Virus record (IMG/VR): IMGVR_UViG_2974679032_000001 | Span: 1 to 64,000 of that record | Reading direction: 5' to 3' (one strand) | DNA: 64,000 nt | Source of the DNA: a virus | Lineage: Duplodnaviria; Caudoviricetes | In this document: in pieces, positions 28,701 through 37,625 of the stretch | How the letters are laid out: every line of letters starts with the position of its first letter | How positions within the stretch are numbered: the stretch's first letter is position 1 | Notes under the pieces: generated by a model | Seen by the model: the letters and a program-made list of their open reading frames with translations, nothing else | Told to the model about the DNA's origin: nothing | Databases searched by the model: none | Made by a program: the position numbers and the translations under genes

Positions 28701-29188
28701 TGGGCACCGACTTCGCCCTGGCCATGAGCCAGACGATCATCGACATGGTGGCCGAGGGCCTGATGTCACAGTTCGGCGACCAGATGACCGGCCTGTTCGG
28801 CGGCGCTGGCCTGGCCGCGCTGTTCGATCCGGCGGGCGGGCTGCTGGCCACGCTCCTGGGCGGCGTGCTCGGTATCTTCTCCGGCCTGCTCGGCGGCACC
28901 CTGGGCGGCGCGAGCACCATGATCCCCGGCGACACGCTGTTCGGCGCGCTCCCGTTCGACAACGGCGGCATGGCCGAGGGCATCGGCTATCTGCCCAAGG
29001 CGACCAACGAGCCGGAGCTGGTGCTCTCACCCGTCGAGACCAACCTGTTCTCGCGGTTCGTCTCGGCGCTGGAGCGCGGTGGGTTCGGGAGCGGCGGCAA
29101 CCGGACGGTCAACGCGCCCATTACAGTGATCGGCGGGAGGGAAACTCCCGAGAAGGTCCAGAACCGGCTGCTCAGCTTGATGCCGTAG
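22706..29188 (+). CDS. tape measure protein with Rpf-like transglycosylase and NlpC/P60-like domains
   Basis: 2160 aa Ala/Gly-rich; NTGNGYFGGLQFDQGTW..ATREQQI; YKWG..DCSGAVS..HM..ESGG. Confidence 0.95.
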   Translation: MTDVGKISLGVELDASDLSAKLGEAVRRAIAPALAEIQRELNAVQREYEQTSRSAEKSGSAQAAAAKIAADAVHNVGEETDKVAAKTRVASGVSARSINAVTRAWEKQTAAIAANTAARAANAATPTGGGPGGGSGGGSGGGGPPRRGGPGDIHRGGFLQGGRGRFGFLTSGPGLNLMALGIGSFPAAATAVTNLTASIEQLAGAGLALPGIYGAAAASIGTAVLGFHGMGDAVKALTEAMKSGDPKDFEKATEAMKDMDPAAQAVAKTVAGLVRGPLLDLQKMVAGRMFAGFDTDLQQTADKVIPRLSGRLGELGTAWNGTLKAITSSMRDNRNLNLLDGILGDTATAQTKINQKVIAPLTHALLVLTKGGTGVLPRLADGLAAGAERFDRFITHAAETGQLAKWINDGVTGMHQLAESALNILKVIHNLDQAATGGGFLPWLQKATGQLAALTGSASGQSALTQFFKDGREQMEQWGPILLDLGKVLLDIYKASHMWAEILLPFLHTALDLLTKFPGLITAAGVALLAWKTSTIFKPLIAGLDSAIGRFGQLEAAAVNAGTAVAGGAGGSRRQRIAGGARAGLGALGSTKGLLGLGFMAGGTMEQLNADSTGDKVIGALSTVGGSALTGAAIGSVIPGVGTAIGAAGGAAVGAALAGVNFLLGENAQKSREAAAAQAEYQASLQQSAAALAGLQQAQKDVNDSLLTSKGDLTDAGVQGAIAQNLGALPDSIKSHYGEQTAKGFSESLGRLGLSNAELAQQITGAQPQFDALETNLRMMGPDGAFAAQQLQQMRDQILGMQGAAQTAAPAMDQLAQALHLPGAADAVAAVKTAVESIPKDVPITMDMPNAPAVVDILRGMGEQIDIVDGKPIVLNPDDAKVKEADAALEALGVKITHLPDGSIKVSIDPLALQRAQMDMNSFFAQYTNMILHPEIQPHMDTSQPPPGPIPGGPPLPPALGGWDTGGHASGGVFPGYAPGRDSLWARVSPGEGVLIPEAVRGLGGSAGVYAINSMFRSNLSRRGYANGGIVGFDDGGVQTHLDPNFLGPGPGNASEPNYAKGIYDILSGRELAPMGPLTKLTSDQMKYMADQRVAKLPGMSGGGIGPFGTPIKPKNRAYDAMAGALQALGFKPEEIIGENPVDYFEKAFTDQMQAQQQAMTSAGQGGALGAGGMSPANAGQIAAALVAFSHSGNLADVSSIGLNANSPVITAITSARNKKGGLADDQIAELIQQIIGGPGYQGVLDTQNSSIVKSLQSFHDQMVKKGGVPGAAPGMGGLPGAAGAGGLNFDALMKLEAGSSGGWQANTGNGYFGGLQFDQGTWDQYKLPGFPARADQATREQQIQAAMNALGQGRTPQSLWPANYSALQQPGATNVTGGLPGAGQTPFPAVAGGVPSGMTADAMGLITFAQRASGGAYKWGASDLAAGLSDCSGAVSDLVELITKGQATPERLFDTHSAGGVLAGLGAVQGAVPGMLQIGWSDEHMRATLPNGVNFESGGATGQGATYGGNAKGAAGMPNIMSLPVTGGAAGMYGAGGMGGLGGAGGVVPVYVTNFGQGANMAPLFKPLADGLAAGGQEAAGNVIGDLGAGISSAIQTPADQRKPNAQLADLVAEHNPMALAAALGINVQDFTRQGGAGPDAVTQAGGYDASGRLFSDTAGLIDRTFTSLNAQLDAMKQQLTDAVQQVAAKLNDEAVTPIIKAGVQEALGDLKDSVLNGLGTSIGQAAAPPIADAVKSAVASLPVNSSGAASTGGTIGSQAAAPFNTALGGLFAGGGAVWGGIPGKDSVPILAQQGEFVLDRGDVARMGGVHGVEAFRRAMEKRGGIRHFATGGGVNVNDVVGAEFFGVSEVPIIGTIVNLLVRVLLKMIGVDIEARDTMMEMSDDFRTFRGDAFKAFDAQGRLLNDTSGLIERSSTSTETAAAERIRILKIVIQAIIKYLIEKVIVPIAKAVANSVIQAGASAAGAAVSGAGGGPAGGIVSSVISSAGQAGVDIAAEVGTDFALAMSQTIIDMVAEGLMSQFGDQMTGLFGGAGLAALFDPAGGLLATLLGGVLGIFSGLLGGTLGGASTMIPGDTLFGALPFDNGGMAEGIGYLPKATNEPELVLSPVETNLFSRFVSALERGGFGSGGNRTVNAPITVIGGRETPEKVQNRLLSLMP

Positions 29189-29199
29189 AAGGAGGGCGC

Positions 29200-30636
29200 G
29201 TGGCGTTCCGCGGTTACTTCGCCCTCAACGGGACGGAGATCGCCAACTCCTCCCGCGTGGTGGCCCATATCGGGGCGGAGGTGCCAACGCGGGACATCGG
29301 CCTGCTCACTCCGGCCGAGGACTGCGCCATCGCTCCCATCGCCCCAGGGCGGCTCCTGGGCACCGTTCCGGCCTCCTCGGTGCCCATCGCGCCGGGGCGG
29401 CTCCTGGGCACCGTGCCGGACGGCTCACGGCTCTACGGGCCGGGCCTGGCCATCGTCGGCGACTGCTGGACTCCTGAGCCGCTCTGCTTCGACTGCCGGG
29501 ATCGCATCGGCTACGACGACTCCTGGCCGGGCCTGCCCACCATGCTGGGCGACACGATCTATCGCCCCGAGCTGGCTCCCTGGTACACCAGCCGGGTGCC
29601 CGAGAGCGCGGAGTTCAACGGCGTCTGGGTGATGGACGTGAAGGGCCTGGACTCCACCCCGGTCGGCGTCGAGGTCCAGGAGATGGCTGGCGATGGCGGC
29701 GCGCCGGGGCCGGTGCGCACGCCCAGCCGCAAGGTCACGTTCGAGGCGATGCTGATGGCGTGCTCCAACGCCGGGCTGACCTACGGCCTCCAGTGGCTCA
29801 ACTGCCAGCTGCGTGAGGCCAACCAGCGCAGCGACTCGGTGCTGCGCTACCTCGCCGCTCACCCCGGCGATTCCGCCGCTGATCCGGCCACCCTGGTGCG
29901 CGAGGTCCACGGCGTCATGCTGACCCAAGAGGTCCAGATCAGCGACTCGATCAACGCCAGCCGCCGTCCCAACAACCAGGCCACGATGTACCGGGTGACC
30001 TGGGAGCTGACGGTGACCCGGCCGCACTCCTACAGCCCGCCGATGACCACGCCCATCGCCTGGGACGAGGTGGTCACCGAGCCGATCAAGTGGGTCCACG
30101 CCGCCGATTGCGATGAGCCAGCGAGCTGCTCGACCGACATGCCGGTGCTCTACGCGGCCAGCTGCCAGCCCGAGAAGATCGACGTGGTGACCACGCCGCC
30201 TCCGACCTGCGGCGGCTGCCTCCCGGTCTGCGCGGTGGTCACCCATGTGGCCGAGGTGCCGACGTTCGACTATCCGCTGCGCTGCCATGAGACCGTGGCC
30301 AGCCTGATCATCCGCAATACCGGCGCGCACGACCTCACCCTCCAGGGGAGCTGGCGGCGCTGCTCGGCGTTGCTGGGCTGCGATGCCGGCCAGTTTCCGT
30401 TCCAGGTCAACGAGCTGCCGCCGACCGCCGAGCTGTACCTGGACGGGATCACCGGGCGCTATTGGGTCTACTACCACGGCCGCAAGATGCGCCCGGTCAA
30501 CATCATCGGCACCCCGACCGGCGCGCCCTGGCGTCCGGCGCTCATCGACCGCTCGCTGTGCTGGGAGCTGGTGGCGGTGACCGACGGCGACGCACAGTTC
30601 GAGATCGAGCTGAGCCTGGCTGACCGGGAGGCGTAG
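29200..30636 (+). CDS. minor tail protein
   Basis: AAGGAGG RBS; first gene after the tape measure. Confidence 0.85.
   Translation: MAFRGYFALNGTEIANSSRVVAHIGAEVPTRDIGLLTPAEDCAIAPIAPGRLLGTVPASSVPIAPGRLLGTVPDGSRLYGPGLAIVGDCWTPEPLCFDCRDRIGYDDSWPGLPTMLGDTIYRPELAPWYTSRVPESAEFNGVWVMDVKGLDSTPVGVEVQEMAGDGGAPGPVRTPSRKVTFEAMLMACSNAGLTYGLQWLNCQLREANQRSDSVLRYLAAHPGDSAADPATLVREVHGVMLTQEVQISDSINASRRPNNQATMYRVTWELTVTRPHSYSPPMTTPIAWDEVVTEPIKWVHAADCDEPASCSTDMPVLYAASCQPEKIDVVTTPPPTCGGCLPVCAVVTHVAEVPTFDYPLRCHETVASLIIRNTGAHDLTLQGSWRRCSALLGCDAGQFPFQVNELPPTAELYLDGITGRYWVYYHGRKMRPVNIIGTPTGAPWRPALIDRSLCWELVAVTDGDAQFEIELSLADREA
29335..29418 (+). repeat. 36-bp imperfect direct repeat (PIAPGRLLGTVP x2)
   Basis: 29335-29370 and 29383-29418. 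Confidence 0.8.
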
Positions 30637-31733
30637 TGGCCGTCATCACCGACGAGCAGCTGATCAGCCTCCACACCGCTGATGGCATCACGCTCTGGGA
30701 GTTCGCGCCCGAGCACTACGCCGACTCGACCTGGGGCCGACGCCAGCGGGACGCCAGCTCGGCCTCGATAACCCTGCCGCCCCAGCCGGGCCTGGAGCGC
30801 CTCCCCAAGATGGTGCCCTGGCTGCACTGGGTCTCGATCTATGACGGGCCGCGCGACGTGCTCCTGTGGACCGGGCCTATCCAGAAGGCCACCGCCAGCC
30901 GCGCCGGGCTGGGCCTGGAGTGCAAGGACCACGCCGCCTACCTGGCGCGCACCCGCAACCCGATGACCAAGCGGTGGGATGGGATCGACCCGGCCTACCC
31001 GGCGGGCGAGGTGTGGGCCGAGATGCTGGAGGTCCAGGGCATCAAGAGCCGCGCGATCGTTCGGCCCGACCCCGAGGGCCAGCGGTACGACTTCCAGGTG
31101 GTCACCGATCAGCAGATGATGGATCAGACCCTCAAGGACTTGGTGAACCTCGGGCTGCGCTGGGCGGTGGTCTCGGGCACCCCGATCATCGGGCCGGTCG
31201 GCCATGAGCCGGTGGCCGTGCTCGGCGAGGACGACTTCATCGGCGACGGGATCAACTTCGTGCGCGATGGCACCGCCGTATTCAACGACGTGCTGGTGCG
31301 CGGGCCGGACAACCTCGGCCGGGCGCGGCGCGACTTCTACGGCCAGAACCTCCAGACCATCGCCAACCTGGACGATATGTTCGGTGTCGGCAATGTGCGG
31401 CGCGCGGCCGAGGAGTACGTCCGCAACGCCTCGATGGTGCGCACGCGCCTGGAGCTGCCCAGCGGCACCGAGCTGCACCCCGACGCGCCGACCCACATTG
31501 ACGAGCTGATGCCCAGCGCCCGGTTCGTCCTGGAGGCTGACGGCGTGCGCGAGATGATGGAGCTGACGGTGGTCGAGTGCGAGCGGCGCAGCGGTGTGGC
31601 CTCGGTCAAGGTCACGATGGACTCGCTGCCGGATCGCGACTCCGAGGGCAACTTCATCGAGCTAGAGACCGCGCAGAATAAGAACGTGCCCAAGACAACC
31701 CTCGGCGGCACCTCCCTGGGGAGGGCCGGATGA
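30636..31733 (+). CDS. minor tail protein
   Basis: Translationally coupled; position in the tail operon. Confidence 0.85.
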   Translation: MAVITDEQLISLHTADGITLWEFAPEHYADSTWGRRQRDASSASITLPPQPGLERLPKMVPWLHWVSIYDGPRDVLLWTGPIQKATASRAGLGLECKDHAAYLARTRNPMTKRWDGIDPAYPAGEVWAEMLEVQGIKSRAIVRPDPEGQRYDFQVVTDQQMMDQTLKDLVNLGLRWAVVSGTPIIGPVGHEPVAVLGEDDFIGDGINFVRDGTAVFNDVLVRGPDNLGRARRDFYGQNLQTIANLDDMFGVGNVRRAAEEYVRNASMVRTRLELPSGTELHPDAPTHIDELMPSARFVLEADGVREMMELTVVECERRSGVASVKVTMDSLPDRDSEGNFIELETAQNKNVPKTTLGGTSLGRAG

Positions 31734-34225
31734 GCACCACCGCGCTCACGCCGGGCCGCAACCCGACCACCGACCCCGAGCTGATCCGCTCGTTCCACGA
31801 CCGGCTCACCCGCCTGGAGAGCGCGCGCACCATGCGCGTGGGCGACTGGGTGCTCTCCACCGAGCAGGCCACCGGGAACCTCATCGCCACCAGGCCCGGC
31901 CAGACGGTGCTCATCGACGGCCAGGGCGCGACCGAGGTGGCCAGCCAGGCGGTGAACCTCTCGGGCCTGGCCAAGAAGTTCGTCACCCCCGAGCAGCTCC
32001 AGCTCGCCCTCGATGGCCTGCCCGATAGCGGCGGTCCCATCGGCGATGTCATCGGGATGATCGAGTCCAAGTTCGCCGATCTCTACCAGCTGCTCACCGG
32101 CTCCGGCGTCGATCCGCTGGCGGCGCTCTCCAAGCTCTCCGACTTCTTCAAGATCGAGCTGGGCGGGCCGGTGGACATCGGGCGGCTGCCGCTGCTCCCG
32201 CTGGCCCATATCCGCGACATCATCGCCGAGCTGCTCGATGACCCCGACTTCTCCAACCCCGACACGCTGGCCGGGTTCACCGACTGGCTCTGGGACAACA
32301 CCGATGGCGTCGATACCCCAGGCGTGGCCAAGCTCATCGCCGACGGCCTCACGCACACGATCTTCTCCAACGCGATCCCGGTCTCCGAGGGCGACACCCT
32401 CGATGTGATGGGCAAGGCCAAGTGGGAGGGCCTGCTCACCTCGGGAGCCAACCCCATCCGCGTCCTGGTGAGCTTCTACAACGCCGCCGGGGCGATGATC
32501 GGAGCGCCCGTTCTAGCCGCCCAGGGAGGCGCTGCGGGCACCAGCGGCGGGGTCGGCGGCTGGCAGGCCCTCACCGGCTCCCTGCCCGTCCCAGCGGGCG
32601 CTGTGAGCGCGATCCAAGAGCTGACGGTCACCCCGGCCGCGACCGGCGGCGTGGTGAAGTTCGGCCAGGCGTCGGTGAGCAAGTCCGGCCTCCTGCCGCA
32701 GGGCTATGTCTCGGGCCTCCTCGACGCGATCAGCGGGCTGTGGAGCGGCATCCAGGCGCGGATAGACGACTTCTTGGACCTGCTCGATGTGTTCGGCGGG
32801 TTCCCCGTCGGCTCCGGCTCCGGCCAGCTCACCGATGTCGCCACCAGGATCAGCAAGCTCAATCCGCTGACCGGCGCGTTCGACTCGGCCTACCTGTCGA
32901 ACCTCGCCGCCATCGTGCTGCCCAACGGCCTGAGCCAGGTGCCCGCCCTGGGCGGGCTGGTGGACAAGGCGACCGGCGCGCTGAGCGGCGCGACCCAGGC
33001 CGGGGAGACCATCGTCGGCGCGCTGGTCGATGACGCCGAGCACGTCATGTCGAACCTGTTCGACATGCTCACCGCCAACACCCGCAAGGTCCAAGAGCTG
33101 GAGTCCCAAGCGACCAGCTCCAGCGTCGGCGGGCGGCGGTTCGGGATCAACTTCGCCGACTACCCCGACGGCGCGTTCCCCTCGGGCCTGTTCAATCTGA
33201 CCTACTCGGGGCCAGGCACCTCGGTGCTCTCGATCAGCGGCGGGCAGGCGGTCTGGTCCACGGCGGGCAACGGCTATCGCCGGGCCACGATGCAGTACCC
33301 GACCCCGACGCTGACCTCGTTCCAGGTGGTGCGCGGCACGATGGCCAGCCCGCCCCAGCAGGGCACCAACGTGCGCATCTGGAGCGTCGGGCGGGCCAAC
33401 GCCGCCATGACCGACTTCGTGTTCGCGCGCGGTTACTGCACCGGGTTCCTGAGCTATAAGGGCGACATCGGCTCCTACATCGGCGGCGTCGAGCACGCCT
33501 GGGCCTCGAACATCAGCCTGACCTGGAGCCTCGATCTGCGCGTGGTGATGGGCGTGGGCACCAACGCCCGCCGCCATCAGGTTCTCTCCGGCGACACCAT
33601 CGTCTGGGATGGGATCGAGCCAGCGGCGTTCCAGTCCACGCTCGACGCCGCCCACATGTACTGGGGCGCGATCTCGGAGACCGACGGCTCGAACACGCCC
33701 GGATCGGTGGCCGGGGCCAGCGTGGTCGATAACGCGCCGCCCGCGGTGATCGGCTCGACCTTCCGCGCCAGCCGCCGCGTCGGCGCGGATACTACGGTGC
33801 CCTCGGGCGCGCAGAAGATGCCCGCCAACTTCTACGAGACCATCGACTACATCTCGCCGGACCTGACCTATACGCCGGGCACGAACTGCCGCCTGACGGT
33901 GAGCAAGCAGGGCACCTACCTGGTGCAATATCGCATCCTCCACGGCCAGTACGCCTCCGGCTCGTTCGGCCACGGCTTGCTGTGGAAGAACGGTGCGATC
34001 TATGAGCGGTGCGGCTGGGGCGGCAACCAGCTCAACCTCGGGTTCTCGGTGAACACCACCCTGGAGGACGCCACCTACGCGAGCTTCATCGTGCCGCTCA
34101 ACCCCGGCGATTACATCGAGCCGGGCATGAACTTCACCGCCAACATGAGCAATACCGGCGATGCCGCCACGATGGCCGACGGCTCTCAGTCGTGGTTCGC
34201 CGTGACGCGCGTCGGGATTGCCTGA
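31730..34225 (+). CDS. minor tail protein
   Basis: 831 aa, beta-rich carbohydrate-binding-like segments. Confidence 0.85.
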   Translation: MSTTALTPGRNPTTDPELIRSFHDRLTRLESARTMRVGDWVLSTEQATGNLIATRPGQTVLIDGQGATEVASQAVNLSGLAKKFVTPEQLQLALDGLPDSGGPIGDVIGMIESKFADLYQLLTGSGVDPLAALSKLSDFFKIELGGPVDIGRLPLLPLAHIRDIIAELLDDPDFSNPDTLAGFTDWLWDNTDGVDTPGVAKLIADGLTHTIFSNAIPVSEGDTLDVMGKAKWEGLLTSGANPIRVLVSFYNAAGAMIGAPVLAAQGGAAGTSGGVGGWQALTGSLPVPAGAVSAIQELTVTPAATGGVVKFGQASVSKSGLLPQGYVSGLLDAISGLWSGIQARIDDFLDLLDVFGGFPVGSGSGQLTDVATRISKLNPLTGAFDSAYLSNLAAIVLPNGLSQVPALGGLVDKATGALSGATQAGETIVGALVDDAEHVMSNLFDMLTANTRKVQELESQATSSSVGGRRFGINFADYPDGAFPSGLFNLTYSGPGTSVLSISGGQAVWSTAGNGYRRATMQYPTPTLTSFQVVRGTMASPPQQGTNVRIWSVGRANAAMTDFVFARGYCTGFLSYKGDIGSYIGGVEHAWASNISLTWSLDLRVVMGVGTNARRHQVLSGDTIVWDGIEPAAFQSTLDAAHMYWGAISETDGSNTPGSVAGASVVDNAPPAVIGSTFRASRRVGADTTVPSGAQKMPANFYETIDYISPDLTYTPGTNCRLTVSKQGTYLVQYRILHGQYASGSFGHGLLWKNGAIYERCGWGGNQLNLGFSVNTTLEDATYASFIVPLNPGDYIEPGMNFTANMSNTGDAATMADGSQSWFAVTRVGIA

Positions 34226-35433
34226 TGCCCTGGTATCCCGAGCGCCCCTCGCCGGGCCAGCTGATCCTGCCGCCGCCTGGCTGGCACCCTGAGCCAGCGC
34301 CGGAGGAGTTCCACGTCAAGCCTCCGCCGGGCTGGTGGGCGGTCATCGCCCTGGACACCGCGCTCACGGTCCACTGGATCGAGGAGATGGAGCTGGAGTT
34401 CATCAAGGCCGTCGGCCTGGAGGTGCTCTACCTGACCACCGACCGCCAGCTGGCGCTGACCAAGCTCGGGATGCTCAGCCTGGAGCGCAACATCGAGGCG
34501 ACCACCGCGCTGGAGATGCACGGCGTCTATGCCCTGGGGATCGCCCTGTCGATCACCCTCCAGAAGTCCCTGGCCATGCTCAAGATCGCCCCGGTGACGC
34601 TCAGCCAGGCGTTCAACCTCACCCCCAACCTGGTACTCGGGAACATCAAGACCATCGACGTGTCGCGCGCCCTCGCGGTGACCCCGGCGCTGGCCATGAC
34701 GCCGATTCAGATGATGAGCCTGCCCAAGGCCCTCACGGTGACGCCCTCGCTCGGCCTGGGCGCGTTCCTGAGCGAGGCGTTCTCCCAGACCATCGCGGCC
34801 ACGCGCGGGCTGGCGTTCGGGTTCCCTCCGACCGCCGAGGTCACCGACACCTATGGCACGACCGGCACGACCGGCGGGCAGAACTTCACCCATACCGTCC
34901 GGCGCTGGTCGAACTTCAACGATCTCGTCCTGATGGGCGGCGGCGGTGGCGGGCAAGGCTCGGGCTGCTGCGGGTTCAACGGCGACGGCGCTGGCGCTGG
35001 CGCGTGGGCCACCATCACCATCGTGCGCGGGCCGGTCACCGACGCCAGCGGGAACCTGGCCTGGAGCGTGATCAACTGGCCGGTGGCCATCGGAGGCGGC
35101 GGCGATGGCGGCGCGCTCGGCCTGGGCGCGATCCCTGGCTCTCCAGGAGCCTCTGGCGGGGCGAGCACCATGACCATCGCCGGGATGGGCACCCTGAGCG
35201 CCGCTGGCGGCTCTGCGGGGTTCCTGGCGGGCAATATGCAGGGCGGCACCGCCACGCCGAACCCGCTGGTGCTCAACGGCCAGAACTACGCCGCCGGGGT
35301 CGGCGGCGCGGGCAGCTCGGCGGCGGGCGGCTGGCCGGGAGGCGGCGGCGCAGGAGCCAAGGGCGGGCTGTTCTCGGGGAACAAGGCCGGGCCTGGTGGG
35401 CGCGGTCGCGGCTGGGTGCGCAGCTATCAGTAG
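34225..35433 (+). CDS. minor tail protein, Gly-rich C-terminus
   Basis: ATG overlapping the stop (MPWYPERP); GGGGGG repeats. Confidence 0.85.
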   Translation: MPWYPERPSPGQLILPPPGWHPEPAPEEFHVKPPPGWWAVIALDTALTVHWIEEMELEFIKAVGLEVLYLTTDRQLALTKLGMLSLERNIEATTALEMHGVYALGIALSITLQKSLAMLKIAPVTLSQAFNLTPNLVLGNIKTIDVSRALAVTPALAMTPIQMMSLPKALTVTPSLGLGAFLSEAFSQTIAATRGLAFGFPPTAEVTDTYGTTGTTGGQNFTHTVRRWSNFNDLVLMGGGGGGQGSGCCGFNGDGAGAGAWATITIVRGPVTDASGNLAWSVINWPVAIGGGGDGGALGLGAIPGSPGASGGASTMTIAGMGTLSAAGGSAGFLAGNMQGGTATPNPLVLNGQNYAAGVGGAGSSAAGGWPGGGGAGAKGGLFSGNKAGPGGRGRGWVRSYQ

Positions 35434-35446
35434 TAGCCTCGGCGGA

Positions 35447-35908
35447 ATGACCTCCCCGGCGGGCGCGATGCCCTACACCTACGGCCTCCAGTTCGAGCAG
35501 CTCCAAGACCCGAGCGACCCCGACAGCTGGGCCACGGTGACCGCGCCGATGCCCGACGAGGCGACGGCTGAGTCCCAGATCGCCTACTACGCCAACTACT
35601 TCGGCGAGAGCGCGCGCAACTTCACCGTCGTGCGTGCTCCCTCGCCGGACTGGTTCGACTGGAACGAGGGCGACCCCACCGACGACGCGGTGTTCTCCTT
35701 CGGCTGGAGCTATACCGCCCCGGTCTACCCCTACACGGTGCCGCCCACCTACGAGACCCAGATCGCCCCAGCTATCAGCTACGAGCAGATGCAGGGCGGC
35801 TGGGCCGAGAATCAGGCCCGCCCCGAGGAGGAGCGGATGACCGACCTCAAGCGCATCTACGCCGCCAAGGTCGAGTGGCAGCCGGTTCCCACCACGCCCA
35901 GCCAGTAA
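35447..35908 (+). CDS. hypothetical protein
   Basis: TAGCCT-7nt-ATG; GC3-rich frame. Confidence 0.7.
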   Translation: MTSPAGAMPYTYGLQFEQLQDPSDPDSWATVTAPMPDEATAESQIAYYANYFGESARNFTVVRAPSPDWFDWNEGDPTDDAVFSFGWSYTAPVYPYTVPPTYETQIAPAISYEQMQGGWAENQARPEEERMTDLKRIYAAKVEWQPVPTTPSQ

Positions 35909-35918
35909 GCTCTGAGCC

Positions 35919-36302
35919 GTGGCCGAGGGCATCAGCACCTATCTAGCGAACAAGCTGCTGGATCACGTCTGCCGTGGCGTGGCCTACACGCCGCCGACGA
36001 CGGTCTACTTCCAGGCCCATGTCGGCGCGCCCGGCGCGGCGATGACGGCCAACATCGCCACCAACACCGCTCGGGTGGCTGTGCCGTTCGGCGCGGCGTC
36101 CGGCGGCGGGATCAACCTCTCCGGCGCTCCCGAGCACACCCTGGGCGGCGCGAACACGATCACCCACGGCTCGTTCTGGGACGCCGCCAGCGGCGGCAAT
36201 CCGCTCTGGTCGGCAGCTGCCTCGGTCGCCAAGGGCGGCGTGGCGGGCGACATCATCCGCGTGAGCACCGCAGCTCTCAGCCTCGGCCCGCTGGCCAGTT
36301 AG
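35919..36302 (+). CDS. tail fiber-associated minor tail protein
   Basis: LANKLLDHV.RG.AYTPPTTVY, WDAASGGN motifs. Confidence 0.75.
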   Translation: MAEGISTYLANKLLDHVCRGVAYTPPTTVYFQAHVGAPGAAMTANIATNTARVAVPFGAASGGGINLSGAPEHTLGGANTITHGSFWDAASGGNPLWSAAASVAKGGVAGDIIRVSTAALSLGPLAS

Positions 36303-36312
36303 GATCGCGCTC

Positions 36313-36672
36313 ATGGCCTCCTACGACTACGCCCTCGGTTTCGACGCCTGGACCGGCCCCGCCGAGAAGCTCCCGGCTCAGCCGATGGAGCCGCTCCCGC
36401 CCGGCCCCGATGCGACCACCGACGCCCAGGACCGCCACGTTCGCGCGCTGGCCGATCACACCGACGCCAAGCGCAAGTACGAGGCCGAGCTGCGCGCCCT
36501 GACCAAGGACGACGGCAACTGGAGCGAGCAGCGCACGCCGCTGGGGCGCAACAAGGACGAGGCCCTGGAGAAGGTCAAGGAGTTCGACGCGCTCCACGCG
36601 ACCAACCCGCTGGTGCGCAACGTGGGCCTCTACCGGACCCCCGTCGTGAAGTGGGAGCAGGTTCCCTACTAG
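36313..36672 (+). CDS. hypothetical protein
   Basis: TAGGAT-7nt-ATG; GC3-rich. Confidence 0.7.
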   Translation: MASYDYALGFDAWTGPAEKLPAQPMEPLPPGPDATTDAQDRHVRALADHTDAKRKYEAELRALTKDDGNWSEQRTPLGRNKDEALEKVKEFDALHATNPLVRNVGLYRTPVVKWEQVPY

Positions 36673-36947
36673 AACTTGGGGAGCCAGGGCCGCAAGAAGT
36701 CCGGCACCAGCGCGGTGATCGTCGCCTGAGCTGCATCCTTGATCTCGGTCACGTCAGGCTTGCCATCGCGGTCCAGATCGGTGATCCGGTCAAACGTCTT
36801 GTCGATGGCGGTGGCAATCGCCGGGGCGATCAGCGGGGTGACGTACTTGGTCATCACCTGGCCCACCAGCTTCTCGGCCACCGCCTGGGTGCGCTCGTCC
36901 TCGATGACCTGGATGACGACGCCCGCGACAAAGCTCTGGAGACCCAT
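36669..36947 (-). CDS. hypothetical protein with DxDxDG loop
   Basis: MGLQSFVAG..DLDRDGKPDVTE; TACGGT-6nt-ATG. Confidence 0.7.
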   Translation of the reverse strand: MGLQSFVAGVVIQVIEDERTQAVAEKLVGQVMTKYVTPLIAPAIATAIDKTFDRITDLDRDGKPDVTEIKDAAQATITALVPDFLRPWLPKF

Positions 36948-36977
36948 CTCCCCACCGTAGCGCGATACCCTGAGCGC

Positions 36978-37625
36978 GTGACCTCCCCGAGCGTATGCGT
37001 CTCCGAGAACTGCGTGATCGGAGCCGACGGCAAGCTGCGGATGGCTCCCTGGTCCCGGCCTCGCAACGTGGTGGATGTCCTGGCCAGCTCCAGCGCCGAC
37101 ACCACCAAGCTCCTCAAGACCGACACGCTGCCCGGCCTGCTGATGATCGACCGCAAGGCCAGCTGGACGAATGACTCGCCGGTCGATCACCAGATGCGCA
37201 TCCTGGTCACCCGGCGCTGGCGGCGCTGGATCACCAGCAATCCCAACGCCGTCCAGTTCCGAGATCGCTGGAGCTGGGCGATCACGCCCAAGGGCGACGA
37301 CCTCATCGAGGCAGCGGAGCCGGTGGTCTCGGGCATCTTCAACTCCCAGACCGGCAGCGCGGGCGACATCGGGACCAACTCGGTGGCCGAGCCGAACCCC
37401 GGCAAGTATTGGCACTGGTGGGGAACGAATACCTCCGAGGAGTGGGTGGGCGAGGTGCTCGCGCCCGGCGACAAGCTGAGCGTCTGGTATCGCACCTACG
37501 TCTGGACCCCGCCGCCCTTCTCCGACAACGCGAACAAGAACGCGCCCGCCCATGAGGCCGAGGCTGGCTGGGCGCGGCTCCAGCTCCAGGCGTTCCCCCG
37601 CCAGGGCAGGACGGTGACCGGATGA
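36978..37625 (+). CDS. putative minor tail protein (paralog 1 of 3)
   Basis: GTG start MTSPSVCVSE; WTNDSP motif shared with the next two genes. Confidence 0.7.
   Translation: MTSPSVCVSENCVIGADGKLRMAPWSRPRNVVDVLASSSADTTKLLKTDTLPGLLMIDRKASWTNDSPVDHQMRILVTRRWRRWITSNPNAVQFRDRWSWAITPKGDDLIEAAEPVVSGIFNSQTGSAGDIGTNSVAEPNPGKYWHWWGTNTSEEWVGEVLAPGDKLSVWYRTYVWTPPPFSDNANKNAPAHEAEAGWARLQLQAFPRQGRTVTG

Noticed and set aside
29128-29146. Partial GGGAGGGAAAC match to the 15-bp motif (also reversed at about 39706-39720)
   Set aside because: Lacks the CCGA half; not counted as a copy
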